From assembly GCA_008369845.1 (NCBI GenBank), contig MRSU01010668.1, forward strand, positions 1 through 48,736: a stretch of 48,736 nt of DNA, given 5' to 3'. Positions 1-9,497 of this stretch are shown in pieces (the stretch's first letter is position 1; every line of letters starts with the position of its first letter). Below the pieces are notes generated by a model. That model did not search any database. It had not been told where the DNA came from and saw only the letters and a program-made list of their open reading frames with translations. Origin of the DNA: Trichomonas gallinae. Taxonomy: Eukaryota. A program made the translations under genes and the position numbers.

Positions 1-455
1 CCCATGGGCGTCGCTCTGACTGGCTGATATGAAGCACTTTTTCAAATTTTGTAAACCATTCAAACCTACCCCCTTAATACAAAATTAATTGTCACTTTTG
101 ATAATTTAATAATTTCGTCACTTTTTATCGAAAAAATGCCAATTAAATTTTATAATAGATTACAAGTACTATTTTAATTGTTGTCAATTAAAACCGAAAA
201 CTGACATTTTTATTATTGTTGCTTTGGATGAATGTGCCTGTCAGTTAGTTCATTAATACTAGCATCTTGTGCAGATAAGTCCCTACCTGAGGATGTAGTA
301 AATCCATATAGTTTCACTTTTCCAATTAGATCTTCGGTGAAATTCGAAGGTTTTATCACAAAGAAATCAAATTTCGATATATATTTTACCTCACCTTTTA
401 TTCATGTTAAGCATAAAATTTAATTCGATATACAATCAAAAACCATTATTCACCC

Positions 456-1307
456 ATGATCATGCAAAAATTACATTCGAGCAGTGATAGTATATTAATT
501 GAAAATAAATTCACAGACATTTTCAATAGTAATAGCGAGACAGTATGCACATATGAAAATTCCAATATCACGATGATTCGATGCTTTTTCAATAATATAT
601 CTTCCTACAGAAAATCTCCATGTATTTATTCGAATAATTGCATATTTTATATGCAAGAAAATTCTTTTTCGACTTGCATTGGTAATAACGGCGAGAATGC
701 AGTGTATTCCAATTGTTATGAGCATCATCTATCAAAAAATTTGACAATGAACGAAAATAGTTTATATCTATGCTCACCTGAAGCGAAGAAAGGCTGTGAT
801 AGCTCGATCTTCGTAGACAGATGCAAAGCTTTTTGGCGATGCCACAACTCTTCCAATAATGGAGGTGTTGCTGGTGGTGCTTTTTGCTGTATCGAGAATT
901 CTGATGATGCAGATGTTAAATTCATAATAGTGACAAATCCTAAAGATGCTCATTGTATGGTAAACCATCCTACGAACAATGTTTCGAGCTTGATTGTTGT
1001 CAATGCTCATATGGTTTACCATTCGATATTTTGGATAGGCACTGCTCTATACATGTCAGACTCGCTTATACTGAATTGTCAATCGAGAAACCTCTACGGA
1101 TTGTCAACAAACCATATTACAACTAGAACATACATAGAGAAGGACAATGGTATCATTGTGGCAAAGTTTATGACGAAATATGAGTATTGTCACAACTTCT
1201 TCGAAGGAAATGTTCAAGAATCATGCGATGCCAACGACTATGATCCTTATGGACATCCAACATTATCCACAAGATTCGAAATATTCATTCTATTCTTTGA
1301 TATATGA
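456..1307 (+). CDS. Hypothetical Cys/Asn-rich protein with a possible beta-helix-like repeat; putative surface protein
   Basis: 283-aa ORF with a hydrophobic C-terminal tail (FEIFILFFDI). A degenerate paralog directly downstream supports it being a real gene family member. Confidence 0.7.
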   Translation: MIMQKLHSSSDSILIENKFTDIFNSNSETVCTYENSNITMIRCFFNNISSYRKSPCIYSNNCIFYMQENSFSTCIGNNGENAVYSNCYEHHLSKNLTMNENSLYLCSPEAKKGCDSSIFVDRCKAFWRCHNSSNNGGVAGGAFCCIENSDDADVKFIIVTNPKDAHCMVNHPTNNVSSLIVVNAHMVYHSIFWIGTALYMSDSLILNCQSRNLYGLSTNHITTRTYIEKDNGIIVAKFMTKYEYCHNFFEGNVQESCDANDYDPYGHPTLSTRFEIFILFFDI

Positions 1308-1379
1308 TGATAGTTATAAATAACAACCACAACTGCTTTATTAATTGCTTCACAATTTATTCAAACATATTTGATATTT

Positions 1380-1930
1380 GGCAGCTGTAATGCCCATTAT
1401 TCTTCTCCTAACATTAGCATGCTTTATAACAGTATTGATAGATGTTCACCAGAAGCTCAAACTGGCTCAGAAAGCTCAATATACATCCAAAGCAGTAAAG
1501 TTTATTAGCGCTGTCACAATGCTTCAACCCGGCGGAAAAGAAGGTGGATCCCTTAGTGGTATTTCAAATTCTGATGATGAAGATATTAAATATATGAAAG
1601 TAATTAATCCATTGGACTTTTGTTCATTTGCTACTCTTGCATCTAACATGATTTCGAATTTAATTATTACAAACGCTTTCATGGCATCGAGTTTTTTTTT
1701 TTTTTTTTTTTGGATAAGCGCTTGACTGAATATTTTTGACTCCTTGATTTTGAACTGCATATCTTTGACGCTTTTTAAAGGAACAAATATTAATATAATA
1801 ATTCATTTGTTGAATCTGATTTTGGAAACATTGACATAAATTTCACAACAAATTTTGAAGAATGTAACATATTTTACTATAAACACAATATACATAATCA
1901 AATTGAAATTCTTATTCTATGTCTGCAATG
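1380..1930 (+). pseudogene. Degenerate tandem paralog of 456..1307
   Basis: CSPEAQTGSESSIYIQSSKVY*RCHN matches CSPEAKKGCDSSIFVDRCKAFWRCHN (TAG at 1506-1508). After a frameshift, GGKEGGSLSGISNSDDEDIKYMKVINPLD matches GGVAGGAFCCIENSDDADVKFIIVTNPKD, and FWISA*LNIFDSLILNC matches FWIGTALYMSDSLILNC (TGA at 1723-1725). Ends are approximate. Confidence 0.85.
1692..1711 (+). repeat. T20 homopolymer inside the pseudogene
   Basis: Direct read of 20 consecutive T. Confidence 0.9.
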
Positions 1931-2102
1931 GCTGCTGTTGTAATTTTTATGATGTGCGTATGAAATCATATTTCTGTGTTAAACATTGCCAAGAAAGGAA
2001 ACACACACACTCCTGAGAATATAAAGATTGACTGTACTAATAAACAAGTAATGTAAACGATTAAAGCAATTAATGTTAAAAAAAAAGTTGTTTATCGCTG
2101 GC

Positions 2103-3296
2103 TTAAAGTAAAATAAAAGCAAAACAAACGCTATATGTTAATGGAAGATAATGAGTGATATGTGTTGGGCAAATGAATAGATGCGGATATAAATATTTGC
2201 AATCTGCTAATAAACAATTTGCATTTCTATCAAAAATAGGAGAACCCATGAATGTTTCATATTGATACTCAGAAGTTACGTGGATGAGAATTTCCCTATC
2301 AATAGTTCCTATGACTAGATTGGATCCACAAAAATGAACATCTATAAGACTGGATAAATATAAACCAGTTGATCCATTAGATAAATGATCTGGAAGTGTT
2401 AGCACTTTTAGTGATGAAGTTCTTAGAAAAACTTTGTCATCGAGGTGAGTAACTGTATTTGGAAGTATTACTTCTTGGAGGTTAGGGCACCATCCGAATG
2501 TTGCATAATAAAGGTTTTCAAATATTCCGCAAGATAAGTCTACAAACTTTAGATTCGGGCATCTTCTGAAAACGAATCGTCCAATATCTACCAGTTTAGT
2601 TTTCAACGTGAATTCTTCAATTATCGACGCGCTAAACGACTTACATTCATCGAAATAGATAACTGAGGGAAGTATCTCTGTCACACAGTTGGAAGGGCAG
2701 CAATATAATCTTTTGAAGTCTTTGCTGTAAAGCGTTTTGTCAAAAACAACAAAATCAGGACTTTCTGTAATAAAAGTCGACAAATACTGGCATTCTATGA
2801 AAGCTGCGTTTCCGATTGTGTGGACATTTTTTGTAATCGTGATGTTCTCTATTGATGTCGCTACAAAGCTCCACGCTGGGATTAATTCGAGCGATTCTGG
2901 AAACAAAATATATTCTAGGGCAGTATTAACAAACAAATAACTGCCTCCAAATGTTTTCATCGTGTTGCACATGGAAAAGTTGGCAAGCTTTATCATGGAC
3001 TTGTTGAATGCAGACATGCCAACATAATATAAAGAAGCAGGGCCTTGAAAATTATGAATTTGTGTATTTTCGAAACATGAGTCTCCTATTTCTTCAATGG
3101 TATCAGGAAGGCTTATTGATATAAAGTTACAATTTTTAAATGAAAAATTGCTCAATCTGATAACATTCAAATTTTCAATTTGTCTTGGAACAGTCAAAGC
3201 CTCAGTTATGGTGGTGGAAATAGCTGGGTTTATCTCATCACCTAGTTTGATTCCATTTAGATAATGATAATAGGTGAATAATTCATATTGACCCAA
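2103..3296 (-). CDS. BspA-like leucine-rich repeat (TpLRR/LRR_5) surface protein; 5' end uncertain
   Basis: TpLRR repeats (ISLPDTIEEIGDSCFENT, ITITKNVHTIGNAAFIECQYL, VILPNTVTHLDDKVF) and a hydrophobic C-terminus. The ORF starts at TTG; the nearby upstream ATGs (3339, 3357) are out of frame. Confidence 0.85.
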   Translation of the reverse strand: MGQYELFTYYHYLNGIKLGDEINPAISTTITEALTVPRQIENLNVIRLSNFSFKNCNFISISLPDTIEEIGDSCFENTQIHNFQGPASLYYVGMSAFNKSMIKLANFSMCNTMKTFGGSYLFVNTALEYILFPESLELIPAWSFVATSIENITITKNVHTIGNAAFIECQYLSTFITESPDFVVFDKTLYSKDFKRLYCCPSNCVTEILPSVIYFDECKSFSASIIEEFTLKTKLVDIGRFVFRRCPNLKFVDLSCGIFENLYYATFGWCPNLQEVILPNTVTHLDDKVFLRTSSLKVLTLPDHLSNGSTGLYLSSLIDVHFCGSNLVIGTIDREILIHVTSEYQYETFMGSPIFDRNANCLLADCKYLYPHLFICPTHITHYLPLTYSVCFAFILL

Positions 3297-3515
3297 ACTA
3301 CTTCAAAATATATGAATTATAATTGAAATATTTGAACATAATTACAATGCTAAACATATAATTGTTAAAAAAACTTCATGTCTTTGCATTTTATCTATAG
3401 ATATAACGAATTTTAAACATATTTGAAAAATTGAGATTGTAATTCACATATATGGTTTAAATTATACAAACAAACCCAAACAAAATGAATTTCTAACAAA
3501 TTTCATAAAATAATA

Positions 3516-3863
3516 TTAGAGATCTTTGCTTGACAAGAGAGTAATTGAAGCTATAGATGTAGAGTCTGATCGTTCTTTTAGTGTTCTTTGAACTCTGTAG
3601 CAATAATATATTAATAGAATAATATTAAACACCATAAAAACAGAAACAAATATGATAGTATTTCTGAGCATAGTAGAATATTTTGTTAATTCTTGTACTT
3701 GAGTATATTTATCTGTATTTAACGAATTTAATTGAACATTTTGTTCGAGTTGGCTATTTTGCTGTGTAACAGGTTGAAATTCGGCCTGCTTAGAATCAGT
3801 CTGAAAAGCCTTTATTGCATTGAAAACACTAAATTGGCTGAGAGATAAAAACAACACATTCAT
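3516..3863 (-). CDS. Small single-pass membrane protein
   Basis: Hydrophobic N-terminus, then a TM segment TIIFVSVFMVFNIILLIYYCY followed by basic residues. AAAGTGAC lies 5 nt upstream of the ATG. Confidence 0.7.
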   Translation of the reverse strand: MNVLFLSLSQFSVFNAIKAFQTDSKQAEFQPVTQQNSQLEQNVQLNSLNTDKYTQVQELTKYSTMLRNTIIFVSVFMVFNIILLIYYCYRVQRTLKERSDSTSIASITLLSSKDL

Positions 3864-3868
3864 GATTT

Positions 3869-3876
3869 GTCACTTT
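3869..3876 (-). promoter_or_regulatory. M2-type core promoter motif AAAGTGAC
   Basis: Exact match just upstream of the ATG. The same 8-mer occurs in either orientation at 91, 8869, 19757, 21361, 24307, 24327, 30019, 30848 and 34683, mostly near start codons. Confidence 0.7.
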
Positions 3877-4386
3877 TCTTCAATCTCAGCATTACTCGTC
3901 ACTTTTCCTCCATTCCAACATCACTTCTTCAATCCTTAGACTTTCATATCTATTAACATAACAAATAATAAATCATTATCTCTAATTATTACTATTGATG
4001 AGCTGTGATAATCATTATTTATTAATATTTCTATTTTGATCTAAATTTATTCAGATTATGAACTAAAATCTATTGCTATTTATAGATTTAGTTATGGAAA
4101 TAATATATTTAATGTATTTTATAGCATAGATCAAATATTTTTTGGTTATTTGAATTGAATATTGTGAAATTATATGAAATATGAGCTAAATGAAGTTAGA
4201 AATCAAATATAATGAAATAGTTGAGTAGTTTAAATATTATTACACGTCTCAAATGACAATTTTATTTTTATTCAAAATTAATACAAGAAAGATAAACGTA
4301 AATTTTGATGTTTCCGGGATATATAAGACATTATATGTGCAAATATCCAATAAAAAGAAAAAATATATTTTGACCAAAACGTGACA

Positions 4387-6948
4387 ATGAAAAGAGGGTC
4401 GAGTTCTGAATTCTCGACTCCGAAAATACAACTGTTCAATCCGAATGTTGTTAAAGTGGAGAAAATCATGCAGCGAGTCCACAGCACTCTCACGAATTAT
4501 CTTCTTCCTTCTGTCCAAACTGATTTCATTAGCACAACTTACACGCAGCTAATTGAAACCATCCCAAGCAATGAAGATGAAGAGCAGACCTGGGATCTTT
4601 TCTGGGAAAGCTGGGTTCCTTTCAGAGAAGATGCGATCGAAGTCTGTTCGCAGAATGTGATTGATTATTCCCATGATTATGTAGCAGAATGCTTCACAGA
4701 AATCAAGGAGATCTTGAATGATATATCAAAAATGAGTGTTGAAGGAATTGCATTGAAAAGAAGCATTTTGGAGAATATTGAAAAGATTTCAAAACTTACA
4801 AATAATATAGAATCAACTCTTAACACACAATATACAAGCGGAGCTGACGAAAAGCAAAAAATGAAAAACTTATTAATGCAAAGAACGAAAATTCGACATT
4901 ACAAGACAGATTTAACCACTGTATACACTCAATTTTTCGAGTCCATACAAAAAGCTGAGTCACAAAAGAAAATCATTGAGATAACCGATAATATTTTCAA
5001 AAATATAAATAATCTTCCAGAGCAGCAAAAATACATGACAAATATAAAGTCTGACTTATCTATTGCCGAAAAACAGCTTTATCAACTTTATAAACCTAAA
5101 TCTGCAAAAATCGAATTACTTCAAGTGAAAACACTGACCAAAATATCTGCATCAAACCCTATAATTATGCTCGACGAAGAAATGTCAGAAGATGACGAAA
5201 GTTCAGGCGAAATTATTTATAATACGACTGAAATTCCAGATAGAATTGGAAAGACGAAGAATTTCATGTCTGACTCTGATTCAGATCAAGAGGAAAACGG
5301 CCAGCCAAAATCAACTCCAATTAAAATGAAAACATCCAGAAAGCATTTTGGAACAGACGACTACAATGAAATCAAGCTTGGCATCAACCAGTCTCCAAAA
5401 CCGTCGCCGCATTTGGATTCTGAGAACGAATATGAAATGGAAGAAGAAATCATCGAAGAAGAGCATCTACTTAAGACAGCAGAGTCCGTGGAGTCTAAAC
5501 AAATTCCATTAATTGAAAGTTTGCCTTCAAAAGATGAAATTGAAATTCATACAGATATATTCGAGGATTCAGAAAACGATTCTGATAACAACGCATCTGA
5601 TTCGCTTGATGATGACCATCCTCCGTACATTCCACCAGTTCTCACTCCAGATATTCTTAGAAATAAACCAAGACAAGCGAAAATGGCCAAAACACCACAG
5701 CCACAAGACTCCATTCAACCACTGGATCTTTCTCAAGAGGATGTTAATTTCACTCTTGAATTATCAGATGATGATGAAGATTTCGAGCAAAAGATTTCAA
5801 CAAACCATGTATCGCACAAATATGCAAAGAATATCAATCTTGGTCATAAGGCAATCACTCCTAATGTCAATAGATCGAAGATGAGACCAAAGATTCCAAA
5901 AATTCCGCCAAAAGAAAAATTATCTGAAGAAGAAGAGAAAATTACAACAAGAGAAATCGAAGAACCTGAAAAACAAGAACAAGAGACACCGGAACAAATC
6001 ATTGAAAGACTCAAACAACAAATTGCGCAGAAAGATGATGATTATGAAACATTAAGAATTCAATTGGAGGTTTCATTTGAAGAAAACAGGGAACTTCAAG
6101 AGCAGAACAAGAAACTCGAAGCTAAGGTCTTATCCAATCAGAATTTTGAGATTGATCCAATCAAAGTTCCGAAAGGAAGCGATTCAGAGGAAGAAGATGA
6201 AATATCTATCGAAGAAGAACTGAGGATGAAAGTAGATTCACTAGAAAAAGAAAGATTTGAACTTCTCAAAAATATTGAGCAAATCACAGAAGAAAATGAA
6301 AAACTTCAAACATTAACACGGCAGATGCAGGAAAATGACTCTGAAAACGCTCAAGAAAAAGATAAAATCCGTCTTTATGAGGAGATGCAACAAATTCTTT
6401 TGGCAGAAGTAACAAGATGCAGAAAAGGACAAGATTCTAATATTGCAGATATCCTTTCCGTCCTTGCTTCAACAAGAGAAGAGCTTCTTTCGCTTAAAGC
6501 ACAAAAAGTAAAATTATTGAACGACAAAGGAGTTAAAAACGTCGATATTTTGCTACAAGAGAACCAGAAGTTAATAGATGAGAACAGCGAATTAAGGAGA
6601 AAACTCGGAGCAGCAAAACTTCAAATTGGAAAGAATCCTGGATCATTTGAAGCACTCAGAAGGTCACTTTTGTCATCAATGCTGAATGAAGTCAATCTCA
6701 GAATGCAGATACAGTTGATGGCTCTTTCTCAATTAGATCAAACTCCAGATGTGAATGAATTAAAGCAGAGCCTCATTGCGTGGGGTAACCAGCAGCAAAA
6801 GGCTGCTCTTGAAGAATCAGCTAGAGCTGACATCAACGAAAAGAAGATAAGAGATATCAAAGAAAAATTAAATGAAATTGCGAAATCAAAGAATATTGAC
6901 GTCGCAAATATGGATGTACTTGAAATGATTGACCTTATTTCCAAATAA
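4387..6948 (+). CDS. Hypothetical protein: helical N-terminus, acidic disordered middle, C-terminal coiled coil
   Basis: Long ORF with first ATG at 4387. E/D/S-rich linker and heptad-like E/K/Q/L pattern in the C-terminal third. Confidence 0.85.
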   Translation: MKRGSSSEFSTPKIQLFNPNVVKVEKIMQRVHSTLTNYLLPSVQTDFISTTYTQLIETIPSNEDEEQTWDLFWESWVPFREDAIEVCSQNVIDYSHDYVAECFTEIKEILNDISKMSVEGIALKRSILENIEKISKLTNNIESTLNTQYTSGADEKQKMKNLLMQRTKIRHYKTDLTTVYTQFFESIQKAESQKKIIEITDNIFKNINNLPEQQKYMTNIKSDLSIAEKQLYQLYKPKSAKIELLQVKTLTKISASNPIIMLDEEMSEDDESSGEIIYNTTEIPDRIGKTKNFMSDSDSDQEENGQPKSTPIKMKTSRKHFGTDDYNEIKLGINQSPKPSPHLDSENEYEMEEEIIEEEHLLKTAESVESKQIPLIESLPSKDEIEIHTDIFEDSENDSDNNASDSLDDDHPPYIPPVLTPDILRNKPRQAKMAKTPQPQDSIQPLDLSQEDVNFTLELSDDDEDFEQKISTNHVSHKYAKNINLGHKAITPNVNRSKMRPKIPKIPPKEKLSEEEEKITTREIEEPEKQEQETPEQIIERLKQQIAQKDDDYETLRIQLEVSFEENRELQEQNKKLEAKVLSNQNFEIDPIKVPKGSDSEEEDEISIEEELRMKVDSLEKERFELLKNIEQITEENEKLQTLTRQMQENDSENAQEKDKIRLYEEMQQILLAEVTRCRKGQDSNIADILSVLASTREELLSLKAQKVKLLNDKGVKNVDILLQENQKLIDENSELRRKLGAAKLQIGKNPGSFEALRRSLLSSMLNEVNLRMQIQLMALSQLDQTPDVNELKQSLIAWGNQQQKAALEESARADINEKKIRDIKEKLNEIAKSKNIDVANMDVLEMIDLISK

Positions 6949-7539
6949 TTGTTTTTATATTTTGTAATAAATTGTTTTTATTTTTAATTCTTCGATGTTT
7001 TGAACTATTTAAAAGAATTCATATAGATTCACAATCAAAACTCAGCAAAAAAAATCAATTCAATGTTATTTTCTTTGACTAGCATTAATAAAACACATTG
7101 AAGGTGCAAATTTGGAAAATATTCTGAAAATTTCCCAAACTCCATTTACCCTGTCTTCCAGGATTTCATTATTGAATTTTTTCTTCCAAAGTTACATTTC
7201 GAAAAACACATCAGAAGCTAAAGATATGATGCTATAAAAGCAAAATTTGTAGTCGATAGAAATTTAACCTAAAATAGAATTTGATGCGAAAAGTGACCTA
7301 AATTCCGAATAAATTGAATGTCACCGGAAACATGGCTTTTTGAAGGGAAACCACCGGAAAAGTGAATGATGTAACATATTTCTCTAGAATATACATGTGT
7401 AGATGAAGTATTATTAAAGAATATATTGAATGTTGTACTAAAAAATTTAGTATTCATCTTTATAGTTTTTTTTTTTTTTGACTATAAACATTTGTTTTCA
7501 AAAATTGACAATTTGTGTTTTACAATTTATTTCTGATTA

Positions 7540-8244
7540 ATGACTAATCCATACCAGGGCTATCAGCAGCCAACACCACCAGGATCACAACAAGCATATC
7601 CACAGTATGCTCCACCTCAAGGATATCCATATCCTCCACAGCAGGGATATGGTGCTCCGCAACAATCTGCTCCATCTTACCCACAGATTGATCCAGATCA
7701 ATATACAGGACAAGCGCCACCACCTCAGCAACCACAGCAGCCTTACAATCAACAATATCCATATGCTGCTCCACCAGCTCAGCCAATTCAGCCCATTTAC
7801 CCAGAAAATACTGCATATCCACAGTCTCCGCAACCACAGTACCCGCCACCATATGCTGCTCCTCCTCAGCAAGCATACCCACAATCACCAAATCCACAAC
7901 AACCACCTTTAAATCCAGAAAAATACAAACATCCAACAAAAATTGAAGCTATCTGGGTAGAATCTGAGCTCCCAGAGCATATGTTATTCTTAGATAAGCC
8001 AGGAGGCAAATTTATTAGGCCATACCGTGGTGCTTTCTATCCACCAGTCGATGAAGTTGTCTATGATCGTAATGGAATTCCATTTGTTTCTGTTTATCCA
8101 AAATCAAAGAATAGTTCTCAAAAAATTGCTAAAGAAACAGAAAAGTTGAATAAGGCTGTTGTCAAACCAATTGGAAAGGAGTTAAACAAGCTTAATGACG
8201 AAATCAACAAAGGTGTTCGTAGCATCGCAAAAATCTTTAAATAA
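7540..8244 (+). CDS. P/Q/Y-rich (XYPPX-like repeat) protein with a conserved C-terminal domain
   Basis: About 125 aa of YPP/QQP repeats. The C-terminal ~100 aa are clearly paralogous to 8905..9324. Stop codon is in TAAA context. Confidence 0.9.
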   Translation: MTNPYQGYQQPTPPGSQQAYPQYAPPQGYPYPPQQGYGAPQQSAPSYPQIDPDQYTGQAPPPQQPQQPYNQQYPYAAPPAQPIQPIYPENTAYPQSPQPQYPPPYAAPPQQAYPQSPNPQQPPLNPEKYKHPTKIEAIWVESELPEHMLFLDKPGGKFIRPYRGAFYPPVDEVVYDRNGIPFVSVYPKSKNSSQKIAKETEKLNKAVVKPIGKELNKLNDEINKGVRSIAKIFK

Positions 8245-8464
8245 AATATCTAATGTTTCTCGTTACATGCTTGCATATACCTATGCTGGTCGTTTATATA
8301 TTCATTTAAATAAATTTTATATAAAATTACTGATTATTGATTTTTTTATAGAACTAAACTAATGATGAAAAAAAAAATGTGTTGGATCTTTTCATATGAA
8401 GTTTTGAGCAGAATCAAAGGAGTATTGATTAATCTGAAAAATTCTTGTTAGTAAGATGGAAAGA

Positions 8465-8780
8465 CTAACAGCACAATGATGACCATTTTCTGAAGCAAAA
8501 ATCAAAGCTGCCTTGTTGTCTTTTTCTTTTGCATTGACTCCTGTTCAAGAAACTGTGAGAAACAAACAACATCATAATGACAATTCATTGAAGCATCCAA
8601 TAAATCCGTCTCTTTCCATATGGTTTTTGCGTTGATATCCATTCCGGGAACTTTTTTGTTTGACAGTTTCTATATAGTTCTTTCTTGATTTATATCTCGA
8701 AGCCTTATTATAACATCATAAAGTGATACTGACTGCTTGATCATTTGTCTTTGTTGATACCAACAATGGCCGAGAAAGTC
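8465..8780 (-). pseudogene. Ankyrin-repeat pseudogene relic ('VPGIDVNAKD' subfamily)
   Basis: Minus strand reads, with frameshifts, SRKNYIETVK / VPGMDINAKTIWKETDLLDASMNCHYDVV / GVNAKEKDNKAALIFASENGHHCAV. Ends are approximate. Confidence 0.75.
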
Positions 8781-8904
8781 AAAATTTACTGGTTATGGAG
8801 TTATAGGTATCTTGATTATCATAAGATTTCATTTAAAAAATGAAAAAAGAACAAAATAAAAGTTATGAAAAGTGACATGTTTTTAAAAAGTGTCATAATT
8901 TATA

Positions 8905-9324
8905 ATGTCAGAAAATCACGATATACAGCTTGAGCCTCTTTCTAAACCAGGTGAATCTGGTGAGTTCTATGAAAATGGTGCTCCAAAGAATCCTGTTTAT
9001 CAGAAAATTGACATTTATCCAACACCAATCGAAGCTGTATGGGTGGAAAGTCCACTACCTGATTTTATGCTATTTCTTGATAGTCCAGGAGGACAAATAA
9101 TGAAAGAGAAAAAAGGAGCGTATTATCCGCCTGTTGAACAAGTTGTTTACGATCGAAAAGGAAACCCTTTTATATCATTTCATCCAGCACCTAAAACAGC
9201 AGAGCAAAAACTTGCTCAAACTAACGAAAAAGCAAATCTTTCTGTCGTCAAGCCAATTGAACAAGGATTCAAAGATTTCGCCAAACTAGTCAAGGAAAAC
9301 GTCGATAAATCTTTCAAAAAATAA
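8905..9324 (+). CDS. Hypothetical protein, paralog of the 7540..8244 C-terminal domain
   Basis: IEAVWVESPLPDFMLFLDSPGG..GAYYPPVEQVVYDRKGNPF matches IEAIWVESELPEHMLFLDKPGG..GAFYPPVDEVVYDRNGIPF. M2 motif at 8869. Confidence 0.85.
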   Translation: MSENHDIQLEPLSKPGESGEFYENGAPKNPVYQKIDIYPTPIEAVWVESPLPDFMLFLDSPGGQIMKEKKGAYYPPVEQVVYDRKGNPFISFHPAPKTAEQKLAQTNEKANLSVVKPIEQGFKDFAKLVKENVDKSFKK

Positions 9325-9497
9325 TATTAATCCAAACTTTTTAAAATTTAGACTTTTGTTTTAAGAATATGAAAGAATCAGATCTATAAGTAGATATTCT
9401 CTTGTTGAAATTGGATTGTATATTTTTGTCATGTAAAGTGATAAAAATATTTGTAAAGTATTCAAAACGTCAAAATTTTGTTTTACAAGACAAAAAA

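Noticed and set aside
7544..7939. Several overlapping alternative-frame and antisense ORFs
   Set aside because: Shadow ORFs arising from the low-complexity P/Q/Y codons.
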